Source: Mobula hypostoma
Lineage: Eukaryota
DNA: 64,000 nucleotides
Reading direction: 5' to 3'
Assembly (NCBI RefSeq): GCF_963921235.1
Contig: NC_086101.1
Location: 31,620,001-31,684,000 of the forward strand
In this document: in pieces, positions 1-12,390 of the stretch
Position numbering within the stretch: the first letter of the stretch is position 1
Layout: every line of letters starts with the position of its first letter
Notes under the pieces: generated by a model
What the model saw: only the letters and a program-made list of their open reading frames with translations
What the model was told of the DNA's origin: nothing
Databases searched by the model: none
Made by a program: the position numbers and the translations under genes

Positions 1-590
1 AAGCTGTTTCTGAAACGAAGACAGTGAGCCTTCAGATGGTGGTAATGAGAAGAGGGCATGCACTGGGTGATGAGGCTAACTCAATACGCTGATGCCTTTT
101 GAAGATGTCCTTAATACTGGAGAAGGATTCTTATGATGAAGTTGCCTGAGTCGACAAACTCTGCAGCTTTTCGATCCTGTGCATTGGTGCCTCCATACCC
201 GAAGGTGATGGAACCAGTGAGAATACTCTGCACAGTACATCTGTAGAAATTTGCTACAGTCTTCAGTGACATAACAAATCTCCTCACATTCCTAATGAGG
301 TACAGCCGCTGGCATGCTTCCTTCGTGATTGCATTGATATATTGGGCCCAGGATTGATCCTCTAAGATGTTGAAACCCGGGAACTTGAAGCTGCTCACCC
401 TTTCCACTGCTGACCCCTCGATGAGTACCAGTGTGTGTTCTGATTTCTCCCTCCTGAAGTCCACGATCAACTCCTTCATCTTGCTGACGTTGAATGCAAG
501 GCCACTCACCCAGCTGATGTCCCTCACCCCTGTACACACCCTTGTCACACCTGAGATTCTGTCAACAACATGTCATCAGTGAATTTATTG
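1..590 (-). mobile_element. Rex1/Babar-like LINE, RT C-terminal fragment
   Basis: ORF 111-548: LAFNVSKMKELIVDFRR...ERVSSFKFPG...ACQRLYLIR, typical of Rex/Babar RT C-termini; paralog at about 20050-20790. Confidence 0.75.
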
Positions 591-599
591 ATAGCATTT

Positions 600-860
600 G
601 AGCCTACTCCCTTTGTGCCATTTTCCTGCACAATCTCATATCCCCAATCCAGAAATTCACTAATATCATGTTGAATGAGCTCAGTGACAGAGCCTGCATT
701 GCCCTCGGGAAGACAGAATTCCTCAGGCACATCACACTCTGGGTGAACAACTGTCTCAGTTCTGAACAGCTGACCCCGTTGTGAGATTTCTCTTATCCTG
801 ATTTCTGTTTCTAGGCTCTTCACCCTCCCTGGTCCAGACTGGTGGAATTTTGTTCCTCCC
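600..860 (-). mobile_element. Old CR1 3'-end fragment
   Basis: Minus strand resembles the CR1 3' end (ttcacccagagtgtgatgtgcctgaggaattctg...), related to the 3' ends at 1884-2200 and 42700-42987; duplicated at about 20800-21070. Confidence 0.55.
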
Positions 861-1550
861 AGTAACACTTTCACTGGGAGTCCATTGTAAATTAAGTGTT
901 AATGAGGATCGTGGGTTACTGTTGATTGGGAGTTACTCGGGTGCCGATTCTACACATGTGCCACCAATGGGTAAACTTCTGTCCCTGCCCCTCCACCACC
1001 CTGAGCTGCGTCCTTTTCCTGTCCAACCAGTAACTCTGGTTTCAGACAAGGGGAACAATCACTGAGCTGGAAAGTCCCCAGAAGTGAAATCAGGAACGAG
1101 GTGGTTCCAACTTCCCTGTCAGCATTCTCCAATCACAGGCTGTATTTTCCGTTCGTCATCTGTTGCCGGGTAAACTGTGCTGCTGGTGGTATAGTTGAGC
1201 CACAGTGGGTGCGGGCTGACTCTTAGAGGCCGGTGGCGGAACTGCAGGCGAGCGGCGGCAGCTGTCACCGCCCCAGGCTGTGTGCAAAGGCCGATCTTCA
1301 GACTGATCATTCAATGAGCCATCAGACTGCATTTTTTGACTGAGAGCAAGTTCCCAATACTCCGGTATTCAGGCTGGGAGTCCCGTCCATAACAGGTGAC
1401 ATCAGCCACAGTCATTAGAGTTGGGCAGCAGAAGCTGGTCCCCACTCGCCATGTCCCCGTCCACATCCCCCTGGTCCTGATGTTGAAGACTCCATGCCGT
1501 GCAGCACTGTCTCTCTGAGTCACACAGTCGTAGGGATATAACCCATATCC
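860..1550 (-). pseudogene. Possible decayed coding segment with RRM-like C-terminal pattern
   Basis: One frame is mostly open with isolated stops (ORFs 1311-1523 and 1119-1310 abut in frame). AAARLQFRHRPLRVSPHPLWLNYTTS loosely recalls RRM helix2-beta4 of hnRNP L/PTB/matrin-type proteins. Also present at about 21070-21770. Confidence 0.2.
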
Positions 1551-1561
1551 TGAATAACATA

Positions 1562-4500
1562 CAGTGCCTATAAAAAGTATTCAATGCCCCCTTGGAAGTT
1601 TTCATGTTTTATTGTTTTACTACATTGAATCACTGTGGATGTAATTTGGCTTTTTTACACCGATCAGTAGAAAAAGACTCTTTCGGGACAAAGTGAAAAC
1701 AGATCTCTACAGAGTGATCTAAGTTATTTACAAACATAAAACACAAAAATATTGACAGCACAAGTACTCACCCCCTTTAATATGACACACCAAATCATCA
1801 CCGGTGCAGCCAATTGGTTTAAGAGGTCATATAAATAGTTAAATGGAGATCACCTGTGTGCATTCAAGGTGCTTCCATTGATTACCATAGAACCATAGAA
1901 ACCCACAGCACAGAAACAGGCCTTTTGGCCCTTCTTGGCTGTGCTGAACCATTTTCTGCCTAGTCCCACTGACCTGCACATGGACCATATCCCTCCATAC
2001 ACCTCCCATCCATGTATCTGTCCAATTTATTCTTAAATGTTAAAAAAGAATCCGCATTTACCACCTCGTCTGGCAGCTCATTCCATACTCCCACCACTCT
2101 CTCTGTGTGAAGAAGCTCCCCCTAATGTTCCCTTTAAACTTTTCCCCCCTCACCCTTAACCCATGTCCTCTGGTTTTTTTCTCCCCTTCCCTCAGTGGAA
2201 AAAGCCTGCTTGCATTCACTCTATCTATACCCATCATAATTTTATATACCTTTATCAAATCTCCCCTCATTCTTCTACACTCCAGGGAATAAAGTCCTAA
2301 CCTATTCAACCTTTCCCTGTAACTGAGTTTCTCAAGTCCTGGCAACATCCTTGTAAACCTTCTCTGCACTCTTTCAACTGTATTAATATCCTTCCTGTAA
2401 TTTGGTGACCAAAACTGAACACAATACTCCAGATTCGGCCTCACCAATGCCTTATACAACCTCATCATAACATTCCAGCTCTTATACTCAATACTTTGAT
2501 TAATAAAGGCCAATGTACCAAAAGCTCTCTTTACGACCCTATCTGCCTGTGACGCCACTTTTAGGGAATTTTGTATCTGTATTCCCAGATCCCTCTGTTC
2601 TACTGCACTCCTCAGTGCCTTACCATTAACCTTGTATGTTCTACCTTGGTTTGTCCTTCCAACATGCAATTCCTCACACTTGTCTGTATTAAACTCCATC
2701 TGCCATTTTTCAGCCCATTTTTCCAGCTGGTCCAAGTCCCTCTGCAGGCTCTGAAAACCTTCCTCACTGTCTACTACACCTCCAATCTTTGTATCATCAG
2801 CAAATTTGCTGATCCAATTTACCACATTATCATCCAGATCATTGATATAGATGACAAATAACAACGGACCCAGCACTGATCCCTGTGGCACACCACTAGT
2901 CACAGGCCTCCACTCAGAGAAGCAATTCTCTACCACCACTCTTTGGCTTCTTCCATGGAGCCAATGTCTAATCCAATTTACCACCTCTCCATGTATACCT
3001 AGCGACTGAATTTTCCTAACTAACCTCCCATGCGGGACCTTGTCAAAGGCCTTACTGAAATCCATGTAGACAATATCCACTGCCTTCCCTTCATCCACTT
3101 TCCTGGTAACCTCCTCAAAAAACTCCAATAGATTGATCAAACATGACCTACCACGCACAAAGCCATGTTGACTCTCCCTAATAAGTCTCTGTCTATCCAA
3201 ATGCTTGTAGATTCTGTCTCTTAGTACTCCCTCCAATAACTTACCTACTACCGACGTTAAACTCACCGGCCTATAATTTCCCGGATTACTTTTCGATCCT
3301 TTTTTAAACAACAGAACAACATAAAATACACCTGTATCTGGAAGGTCCAACTGCTGGTAAGTCAGTATCCTGGTAAAAAACTGCACTGTGAAGACAAAAG
3401 AACACTCCAATCAACTCTGTGAAAAAGTTATTGAAAAGCACAAGTCAGGAGATGGATACAAGAAAATTTCCAAGTCACTGAATATCTCTTGGAGTACAGT
3501 TAAGTCAATCATCAAGAAATGGAAAGAATATGGCATAGCTGTAAATCTGCCGACAGCAGACTGTCCTCAGAAACTGTGTGTGCAAGAAGGGGACTAGTGA
3601 GGGAGGCCACCGAAAGACCAATGACAACTCTGGAGGAATTACAAGCTTCAGTGACTAAGATGGGAGAGACTGCACATACAACAACTGTTGCCCGGGTGCT
3701 TCACCAGTTGCAACTTTATGGGAGAGTGGCAAAACTCAAATGATCTCTCAGTTAGAGCTTGCCATATGGCATGTGGGAAATTCTGATGTCAGCTGAAGAA
3801 GATTCTATGGTCTGATAAAAACAAAATTGAGCATTTTGGCCATCATAGTGTTTAGTCTGTTTGACATAAACCGAGAACTGCACATCATCAAAAACACACT
3901 ATCCCTACCGTGAAGCATGGTGGTGGCTGCATCATGCTGTGGAGATTCTTCACTGCAGCAGGCCCTGGAAGGCTTGTGAAGGTAGAGGGTAAAATGAATA
4001 CAGGGAAAGTGGAGAAAAACAGGGAAATCCTGGAGGAAAACCTGATGCAGTCTGCAGTCTGCAAGAGAACAGCGGCTTGGGAGAAAATTTGTTTTCCAGC
4101 AAGACAATGTCCCCAAGCATGAAGCCAAAACTACACAGGAATGGCTTAAAAGCATAGTTAATGTCCTGGACTGGCCAAGTCAGAGTCCAGACCTCAATCC
4201 AATTGAGAATTTGTGGCTGGACTTGAAAAGGGTTGTTCCCTCATGATCCCCACACAATCTGACAGAGCTTGAGCAGTTTTGGAAAGCAGAATGGGGAAAA
4301 ATTCGGATATGCAAAGTGGGTAGAGACCTATCCATACAGACTAAAGGCTGTAATTGCTGCCAAAGATGCATCTACTAAATACTGGCTTGAGGGGGTGAGT
4401 AATTATGCAATCAATTACTTGGTTTAATAATTGTGATAAATTTCGAGCACTTTGTAGAAATTTGTTTTCACTTTGACACAAAAGAGTCCTTTCTGTTGAT

Positions 4501-4599
4501 CAGTGTCAAAAATCTAAATTAATTCCACTGTGATTCAATGTTGTAGAACAGCAAAACATGAAAACTTCCAAGGGGGATGAATACTTTTTATAGACACTG
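1562..4599 (+). mobile_element. Tc1/mariner DNA transposon (IR/DR type), defective, interrupted by CR1
   Basis: TA on both sides, about 220-bp inverted termini starting CAGTG, transposase remnants (KTKEHSNQLCEKVIEKHKSGDGYKKIS; KHGGGCIMLW; FQQDNVPKH). Confidence 0.93.
1884..3321 (-). mobile_element. 5'-truncated CR1 LINE inserted into Tc1 copy A
   Basis: About 420 uninterrupted codons of RT (PGNYRPVSLTS, SGVPQGSVLGP, FADD) within ORF 2058-3410; (CCATAGAA)n tail at 1884; absent from the paralogous Tc1 at about 22090. Confidence 0.95.
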
Positions 4600-4999
4600 T
4601 ATCTATTGAGTCTGTACCATTTAGTGCATTGAGCCCCTATCTCCCTAAACCTTTACTTTCCACACACTTATTCAAATGTATGTATACCCGCCTCCGCAGC
4701 AACTTCTGGCAATGCGAAAAGGATGCCCCCAGATTCCTTTTCAATCTTTTCCCTCTTACTTTCACTCTATCCTACAGTTTTGGACTCTCCTACCATCGTA
4801 AAAGATTGTATCCACTCACCTTATCTGTGTATGACTTCACTACTCAGCCTCCTTCCACTGGCCTATTTTGCATCCAATTGGCTGGTGTACCATGGACCCC
4901 ATGTGATTGAACATTCCAGACCACCTTACAATGGGACCTTGTAAAAGCACTTGCTAATGACCAAGTCGACAACATCTATCACCATTATCTTGTCACTCT

Positions 5000-5585
5000 T
5001 CTTCAGCATCTCTTCAAAAGCTCTGTCAAATCTGAGTTTTGAACTGTTCCCACCGTTGTGAAGAATGCCTAGCCAAATTCCCATGCAATATCCTTGTCAA
5101 TCAAATACTACCACACTGTCATTCAAAGAACAGTCCTTTCAGAGAAACACCTCTGACCACAAGTCCATCAGTCAGTGCTCAGCATGGAATGTCCTGCAGG
5201 CACTGTGGGACAGGGACTCAAATGATCCTGTGGGGTAGTTCTCTCAGCAAATTGTCGAAACAAGTTGGAAGAATTGCAGATTTCACAAATAAGCACGAAC
5301 GTCTCATTTGGCTGATGATAAGAGGGACCTCCCCATCAGATCCTTCCTGTACAGTCGAAGTCTTACTCTCAACATTCTCAGGAGGACTGTATTGAGAATG
5401 AGACGATCACTTAATTCTCTGTAGATTGTGTGTTTGCCAAGCAGGTCTGGAGAAGGATACAAGGGGCTTTGTTGACTCTCATCCTGAGTAGCTGTGTAAC
5501 AGAAGACTCTCTGATGTATGGGCTGTTCCCAGGGATATGATCCAACACAGACATCAAGTGCTGCTGGAAGGTCATCCAGCCAGTG
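5000..5585 (+). mobile_element. Tx1/L1-type LINE 3' fragment (zf-RVT region)
   Basis: Degenerate C..C...ETxxHLxxxC..AKQVW...LIPSSCVTEDSLMYGLFPG motif; paralog at about 24500-25035 (ORF 24921-25187). Confidence 0.6.
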
Positions 5586-6509
5586 ATAGAGGTGAGTGAA
5601 TATAGAAACAGGGTGGTAGGTCAGATGAATGTGTTGCTAAAAGGATACTACAGGGGGATGATCTTTAGATACTTGGATCATTGGGGCAACCTCTCGGTAG
5701 ATGAGACCTGCACAATGTGGAGGGGTGACATCTGAACTGGGAGGTGAGAGATTTCCTTGTTGTTGAGGAGGGCTTGAACTGGTTTGACACAGGCTGGGTC
5801 ACAGACCAATGGCACAGATTTGGGGAGATGGTTCAATGCAGCAGATAAACCAAGTGAGTCCCGTCAGGAGAGCAAGCAGGTGCATGATGAGGAACATGGG
5901 AGGAGTGGTAAGCTAAATTATATCATTGAATGGAGCCTGATGGATGAGACCAACGAACTGACTGTGTCGATAAGCATGTGGGGCTACAACATTGTTGTGA
6001 TCACAGAAACGTGGTTGGAAGGAGAGGACTGGTTGCCCAGTGTTCCAGATTATGGAAGTTTCAGATGTGACAGTGCGGAGGTAAGGGAGAGGGAGGATTC
6101 ACAATAATGATCAGGCAGAACATCATGCAGTGCCCAGGGATGGTGTCCTGGAAGCTCTTCCAATGGGGTCATGTGGGTATAACTACAAAATAAGATACAT
6201 TTATTCAGTTCACCTGGAGTACACCACAGGTCTCCCAACAGTCAGCACGAGACAGGAGCAGATATACAGACAGGATGCTTGGAAGTAACTTGTATGTTCT
6301 CCCCATGACTGTGTGGATATTCCAAAGATGTTTGGTTAGGGTTAGTAAACTGTGGCATGCTGTGTTAGCACTGGACACATGACAATCCTTGCAGGCTGCC
6401 CCAGCACTTCCTCACACTGTGTTGGTCGTTGGCACAAACAAAACATTTCAATGTTTGTTTCGACATCTTGATGTACACATCATAAATAAAGCTAATTTAA
6501 TCCTGACAA

Positions 6510-7790
6510 CACACACAAGGTGCTGGAGGAACTCAGCAGGCCAGGCAGCATCTATGGAAAAGCGTACAGTCGACATCTCAGACCGAGACCCTTCCAGAGG
6601 ACCAGAGAAAAGATGAGGAGTCTGAGTTTGAGGGTGGAGTGAAGGGAGGGAGAAACACAAGGTGAAGGGTGAAACTGGGAGGGGGGAGGAGTGAAGTTAA
6701 GAGCTGGGAAGTCAATTGGTGAAAGAGATACAGGACTGGAGAAGGGGGAACCTAATAGGAGAGGACATGTTCCCAGGAAGGATATGTTACGTGGCTGTGG
6801 TAGTCGGTCTGGGTGAGCACGTGGTTGAAGAGCTGGAGAGCAGCAGGGATCACAGAGGAGGGGCAGTGAGAGAGGGTTTCACTGAACTCCTGTTAAAGGG
6901 AAGATTTAAACTTCTTTAGGGTAGGCATCCCTGAAGAGACTCTCAGTTTGCGTGTTGCTTGGATTTCCAGCACCTCTAGATTTTTTCTCTTGTTTATAAT
7001 TTAATCTTGAAGATGCTACACCTACCCCTACACCTCCTCTCTCACCACCATCCAGGGCCCCAAACTATCCTTCCAGGCAGGGCAGGGCTTCAACTGTGAA
7101 TCTGTCAGGGTCATCTATTGTATCCAGTACTCCTGAAGTGGTCTCCTCTGCCTCAGTGACACCTGATACAGACTGGGGGAACGGCTTCAACAAGCATCTT
7201 CTCTCTGTCTGCTGAAAAAGGCAGGATCTCCCTGTGGCTTCCCATTCCCATTCCAGCATGTCAGTTCCTGGGCTCCTCTACTGCCATGGTGAGGTCACAC
7301 TCAGGTTGTAGGAGAAAAACTGCATATTCTGTCTGGGTGGCCAGCCTCCAACCTGATGGCATGAACACTGATTTCTAAATTCTGCTCCACCCCCCCCCTT
7401 TTCTATTGCCATTGCTGGTGACCCTTTCACCCCCTCTCTTCTCCTCACTGTCCATCACCTCCCTCTGGTTCCTCTCCTCCCGCCTTTCCTTCCATGGTCT
7501 GCTGTCCTCTCCTATCAGACTCCTCCTCAGCCCTTTACCGCTTCTGCTTCGCACCTCCCGGCTTCTTACGTCACCCCTCCTTTCCCACCCATCTTACCCC
7601 TCACCTGCCTTCAGCAGACAGTTTGTACTCCTCCCCCTCCTCCCCACCATCTGGTTTCTGCCCCTCCCTTTCCAGTCCTGATGAAGGGTGCAGCCCAAAA
7701 CATCAACTGTTTGTTCCCCCTCCATAGATGCTGCCTGACTTGCTGAGTTCCTCCAGCATTTTGTGAGTGTTGCTCAACATTTCCAGCATC
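6510..7790 (+). mobile_element. Penelope-like remnant bounded by inverted terminal modules
   Basis: GIY-YIG-like remnant (IQGPKLSFQ...VIYCIQ...GERF) at about 7040-7260; gctggaggaactcagcagg at about 6522 and its reverse complement at about 7740; paralog about 25960-27260. Confidence 0.6.
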
Positions 7791-8507
7791 CGCTGTGTCT
7801 CTTGTGTTGACGGTGGAGGTGTCAGTGGGGGAGCATTTTTTTGGGGATAGGGCTCCTAATTCTCTAAATGTCAAGGCAGTGAAGGATAATCATGGTGCAC
7901 AAGATAACGTCCAAGATTAGGAAAAGCTCGATTTCAAAATTAACAAAAGGGTTGAAATAGGTTTTGGACAGTAGGTAGGAGCCTGTTAAACAGTGGCTCA
8001 TGAGAGTTCAGAGTTACCCTGTGCCTGTGAGGGTGAAAGTTAAGGACAGCAAGGTGGGGAGAGGGTCGCGGGGGTGCTGGATAATGAGGGCTTGATGAAA
8101 AAGGAAAACTTATGACAAATGTAAAGGGAAAATGGGTGGTGACGTTTCTGGAAAAAAAGAATGACAAAGAGGGGCCAGGAAATGTCACTGGATGACAAAA
8201 AAGTTAAAGGACAGTCCCAAAGCATTTGATAAGTAACTTAGGAGCAAGAAGGCAAGCAAGCAAAGAAGATGTTCCCTTAGATAGCAAAGGGTCGTCTGTG
8301 TGTGGAGCCTGGGGATGTGGGTGTGAAGTGTGTTCATCAGTAACAAGGGCATTGCAGATGAAGTGCTTGAGGTGAGGGAGTATGATACTCTCGGGCATGT
8401 TAGGATGAAGCAAGAGGAGGTGTTCATGGTCTTGGAGCACATACAGGTGGATAAATCGCCAGGGCCTGTTGAGATGTATTGCAGGCTGCTCTGTGCAGGG
8501 GAGAAGA

Positions 8508-9505
8508 TTGGCGATTCTGTTGGGGGTGGGGTGTTAATCACGACCGGAATATAGGTGGTAAGTGGTTAATACACTCAATTTCATTTCTAAAAGGGTTTAT
8601 CTAATGAATTTAATATTAAACACACAGCGCATATTTTCCTTGCATGAATATAGTGATAAGTCAATTATCAGAGGAGGACAGGGGAGCTGGAAGTAAGTGC
8701 TGAACGAACTTCCAGTAGAAGTGGTAGAGGCAGGTTCGATATTATCATTTAAAGAAAAATTGGATAGGTATATGGACAGGAAAGGAATGGAGGGTTATGG
8801 GCTGAGTGCAGGTCAGTGGGACTAGGTGAGAGTAGCGTTTGGCACGGTCTAGAAGGGCAGAGATGGCCTGTTTCTGTGCTGTAATTGTTATATGGTTATG
8901 TAAGTCAATAGCATCATAACATTTTAAGTAACGTTTGGATATTAAACACACAGCACATATTTTCCCCGTATGAACATATAAAATCATTGCAACACACCAA
9001 TATCGCCGAATCAGTGGGAGCCCTGGGCTTGTTTCCCTGCAACAAGACGGTCCTATCGAGGGGTGATGGGAGACAGCGATACTCGAAGGGGGTTCCTTAT
9101 GTCCGGTCTATTCTGCAATTTAGTTTTCGTTGCATTCATTGCAGAAAACTCTGCTTCGCAGAGATATGATGTTGGAAATGGAAGCTACGTTTTCAGTGCT
9201 TCTGTGGCTATCTCAGGATATTTAGCCTTGATTTTGATCCAGAATCCCGGCAGAGATGTTACGTCAAACATACTTTTCAGCCCGTCGTTATTTGCAAGCT
9301 CGAGGAGTTGATCTCCTTCCCGCGCTGACATGGATGACGCGTGCGTAATGACCTCGCGTGCGTTCAAGCTCAACAGTGGGCGTGACAGGGAATGAGGAAA
9401 GGTGCAGATGACTCATCTCGCCAAATCATATCGTTCCCTTGCGGCCCGGTAGCACATTCTTTGCGGCCTGGTACCAGTCCGCGGCCCGGTGGTTGGGATC
9501 CTCTG
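8508..9505 (-). mobile_element. hAT (Charlie/Buster-like) non-autonomous element, left end deleted
   Basis: Right TIR ggttgggatcctctg followed by target GTCTAAGA; hAT dimerization-domain remnant (FWIKIKAKYPEIATEALKT); matches 17160-18153. Confidence 0.85.
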
Positions 9506-9750
9506 GTCTAAGAGCAAGTGATTCTCTTGGGTCTTTTTCCTGTGATTGCAGGACCCTGTTGGACATTGGTAATGTAAAATACTGCAAGTCTGGTTCACTG
9601 GTTTATTGGTGAGACCAACAGTGATGAAGGTGCGCAGAATCAGTTGTAGCGAGAGCTGGGCCTCATTTCACGGGCTTGTTTGTTGCAGCTTTCCAGGAAG
9701 GGAGGTGCCAGAGGCAGCATGATATGACATCCAGCCTGCCCCTCCCATCA

Positions 9751-9766
9751 GTGCTGCCCTCTAGTG
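9751..9766 (-). promoter_or_regulatory. CTCF-like motif
   Basis: Minus strand CACTAGAGGGCAGCAC, one mismatch from the CCASYAGRKGGC core; identical copy at 36535-36550. Confidence 0.45.
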
Positions 9767-9899
9767 TTCACTCAGTAAACTGGATCGCGTGAGTGTGTAC
9801 GTACGTGCATTCACCTACAGACCGCTGAGAACTGCTTGTTCTAGTCAACAACACACACGCACCATCAATTTTCAGGGCGTGTCACTCAGAAACCTGGGT

Positions 9900-9956
9900 T
9901 ATTTATATATACGTGTGTGTGTGTGTGTATATATAGACACACACACACACACACAG
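9900..9956. repeat. Compound (TA)/(GT)n/(TA)/(AC)n microsatellite
   Basis: tatatatacgtgtgtgtgtgtgtgtatatatagacacacacacacacacac read directly. Confidence 0.9.
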
Positions 9957-10154
9957 TGCCTACAATGTATTCAAAACCCCCTGAATTGAATTGAATTGAC
10001 TTTATTACTTACATATTTCATATACATCAGGAGTAAATTCTTTACGTTACATCTCCGTCTAAATATGCAATGTTCAAATTCTCATAATTTATAATAAATA
10101 GTACGTACAACAGGACAGTCAATATATCATAGAAATACAGTTGTATCAGCATAT

Positions 10155-11640
10155 TAGGGAAAGTGAGCAGAAGATAGATAGGAGCTACATGGAGTTAGTC
10201 ACCCTGAGGCTGCAGGAGTTAGATAAGTGGGTGACTGTCAGGGAAGGGATGGGAAGAGCTCAGATAGTAGAGAGCACCCCTGTGACCATCCCCCTCAGTA
10301 ATCGTTATCTCATTTTGGATGCTGTTGAGGGGTTGACCTGACAGAGGACGACCACGGCGATCGGGTGTCTGTCACTGAGCCTGGTTCTGAGGTGCAGAAG
10401 GGAGAGAAGAAGCTGAGGAATGTGGTAGTCATAGGGGATTCAATAGTGAGGGGAACAGACAGGAGGTTCTGTCAGCCTGACAGAGATACCCGCATAATGT
10501 GTTGCCTCCCAGGTGCCAGGGTACAGGATGTATCAGATCAGGTGCAGAGTATTCTGAAAGGAGAAGGTGAATGGAATCTTGGTACACATTAGTACCAATG
10601 ACATAGGTGGAAAAAGGGAGAATTCAAGGAGCTGGGTAGGAAGCTAAAAAGCAGGACCACCATGGTAGTAATCTCAGGATTGCTGCCTGTGCCACGTGTT
10701 AACGAGTGCAGGAATAGCGTAATCAGGTATATTAATGCATGGCTGAGAGACTGGTGTAGGGGGCAGGGCTTCGGGTTTCTGGATCATTAGGGCCTCTTCT
10801 TGGGGAGGTACGACCTGTACAAAAAGGACGGGTTACACCTGAACCCAAAGGGGTCCAATATCTAGCAGTCAGGTTTAATAGATCTGTTAAGGTGGGCTTA
10901 AACTAATTTGGCAGAGGAATGGGAACCAGAGTGATTGGGCTGAAGAAGGGGAAAACAGAAATAAATCAAAGATAGCATGCAACAGAGATGATAGAAAGGA
11001 TAGGCAGGAGATGAGCCATAATCACAGCCAGTGGGATGAGTTACAGGGCAATAGAGGTGTGGTGCGGTTAAAACAAAAAGCAACAAATACTGCACTGAAA
11101 GTAATATATGTGAATGCATGCACCATAAGAAATAAAATGGATGATCTTGAAATTCAGCTACCAATTGGCAAGTATGATATTGTGGCCATCTCAGAAACTC
11201 AGCTAAAAGATGGCTGTCATTGGGAGCTAAACATCCAAGGATATATGGTGTATCGGAAAGATAGGTTAGTAGGCAGAGGGGGTGGTGTGGCTCTGTGTTT
11301 AAGAAATAATATTAAATCATTAGAAAGGGTTGGCAAAGAATTGGAAGGTGTAGAATCTCTCTAGGTTGAGTAAAGAAATGGCAAGGGTAAAAGGACCCTA
11401 ATGGCAGTTGTATACAGGCCTCCAAACAGCAGCCAGAGGTGGATTACAAATTACAGCACGAGATAGAAAAGGAATGTCAGAAGGGCAATGTCATGATATT
11501 CATTGGGGATTTTAACATGAAAGTGTTTTGGGAAAACTAGGTCATTACTGGACCTCAAGAGAGAGAATTTGTAGAATGTTTAAGGAATGGCTTTTTAGAA
11601 CAGCTTGTAATTGAGCCCACTCGGGGATTGGCTGTGCTGG
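10155..11640 (+). mobile_element. CR1 LINE fragment (ORF1 SGNH-esterase plus ORF2 endonuclease start), decayed
   Basis: VVVIGDSIVRGTD...CCLPGARV (ORF 10365-10592) and LKVIYVNACTIRNK...YDIVAISET (ORF 11011-11364). Confidence 0.85.
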
Positions 11641-11714
11641 ACAGGTTCCTGATTAGCCAGGGCTTCAAAGGGTATGGGGAGAAGGCAGGGGAGTGGGGAT
11701 GACTGGAAGAATTG

Positions 11715-12390
11715 GATCAGCCCATGCAAACCAGAGGAGAGGTTATCTCAAATACATATATCAATAGTAGTATAAAGAAAAAAAGGAATATACACTGTCA
11801 AAATCATAAGTAGTATTAAGCTAATATAAAGAGACAAGAGAACCTCTTCTCCTCTTAACAGTTCATCGAAAAAAAAGGCTCAAGATTTTCTGTTACTGAG
11901 AAAAAAAACACTAAACTAACCTAAAACAAAAAAAAAGGGACTGGGCAGTCCAATTTGAGGATACAGTTTTAAAAAAAAGGGAAAATCCTTCTGATCAAAT
12001 CTAAAACTGCAGAGAACAAAAAATTAACTGGAAAAGTAAAAAGAATTAGATCATATGAAAATATTAAATAAAAGGTAGCCAAGTTTGCTCAAATTTATAA
12101 GATGCATCAAACATCCGACTCCTTATTTTCTCCAAACTTAAACAGAACATCATGGAAGTGAGCCAAAAAAAAACAGTAGGTGGATTGGGATCCTTCCAGT
12201 ACAATAGAATGGCCCTCCTAGCCAATAAAGTTGAGAAAATTATCATGCGTTGAGCGGAAGCAGGAACGTTTCCTGCTTCCGTTGGAATAATCCCAAAGAT
12301 TGCAGTAATCTGCTCCTATATCTTATGGTCTTATAGTCTTATTTATAATGAAGTTTAGTACAATCATCAGTTCAACATCTTGTAACTTAG
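11715..12390 (-). mobile_element. L1-clade LINE 3' fragment
   Basis: ORF 12064-12246 LLARRAILLYWKDPNPP...LSLEKIR...TWLPFI resembles fish L1 ORF2 C-termini; T-rich 3' tail on the minus strand. Confidence 0.7.

Larger units (their letters stand above)
1..10150 (+). repeat. Segmental duplication, copy A (starts before the window)
   Basis: Colinear with about 20187-36970 across a mosaic of unrelated repeats (Rex, CR1, Tc1, Tx1, Penelope) and unique sequence; roughly 90-95% identical by eye (4 mismatches in the first 60 nt). Confidence 0.92.

Noticed and set aside
2058-3410. 450-aa ORF as a host gene
   Set aside because: It is CR1 RT; the first about 30 residues are antisense Tc1 sequence read across the insertion junction.
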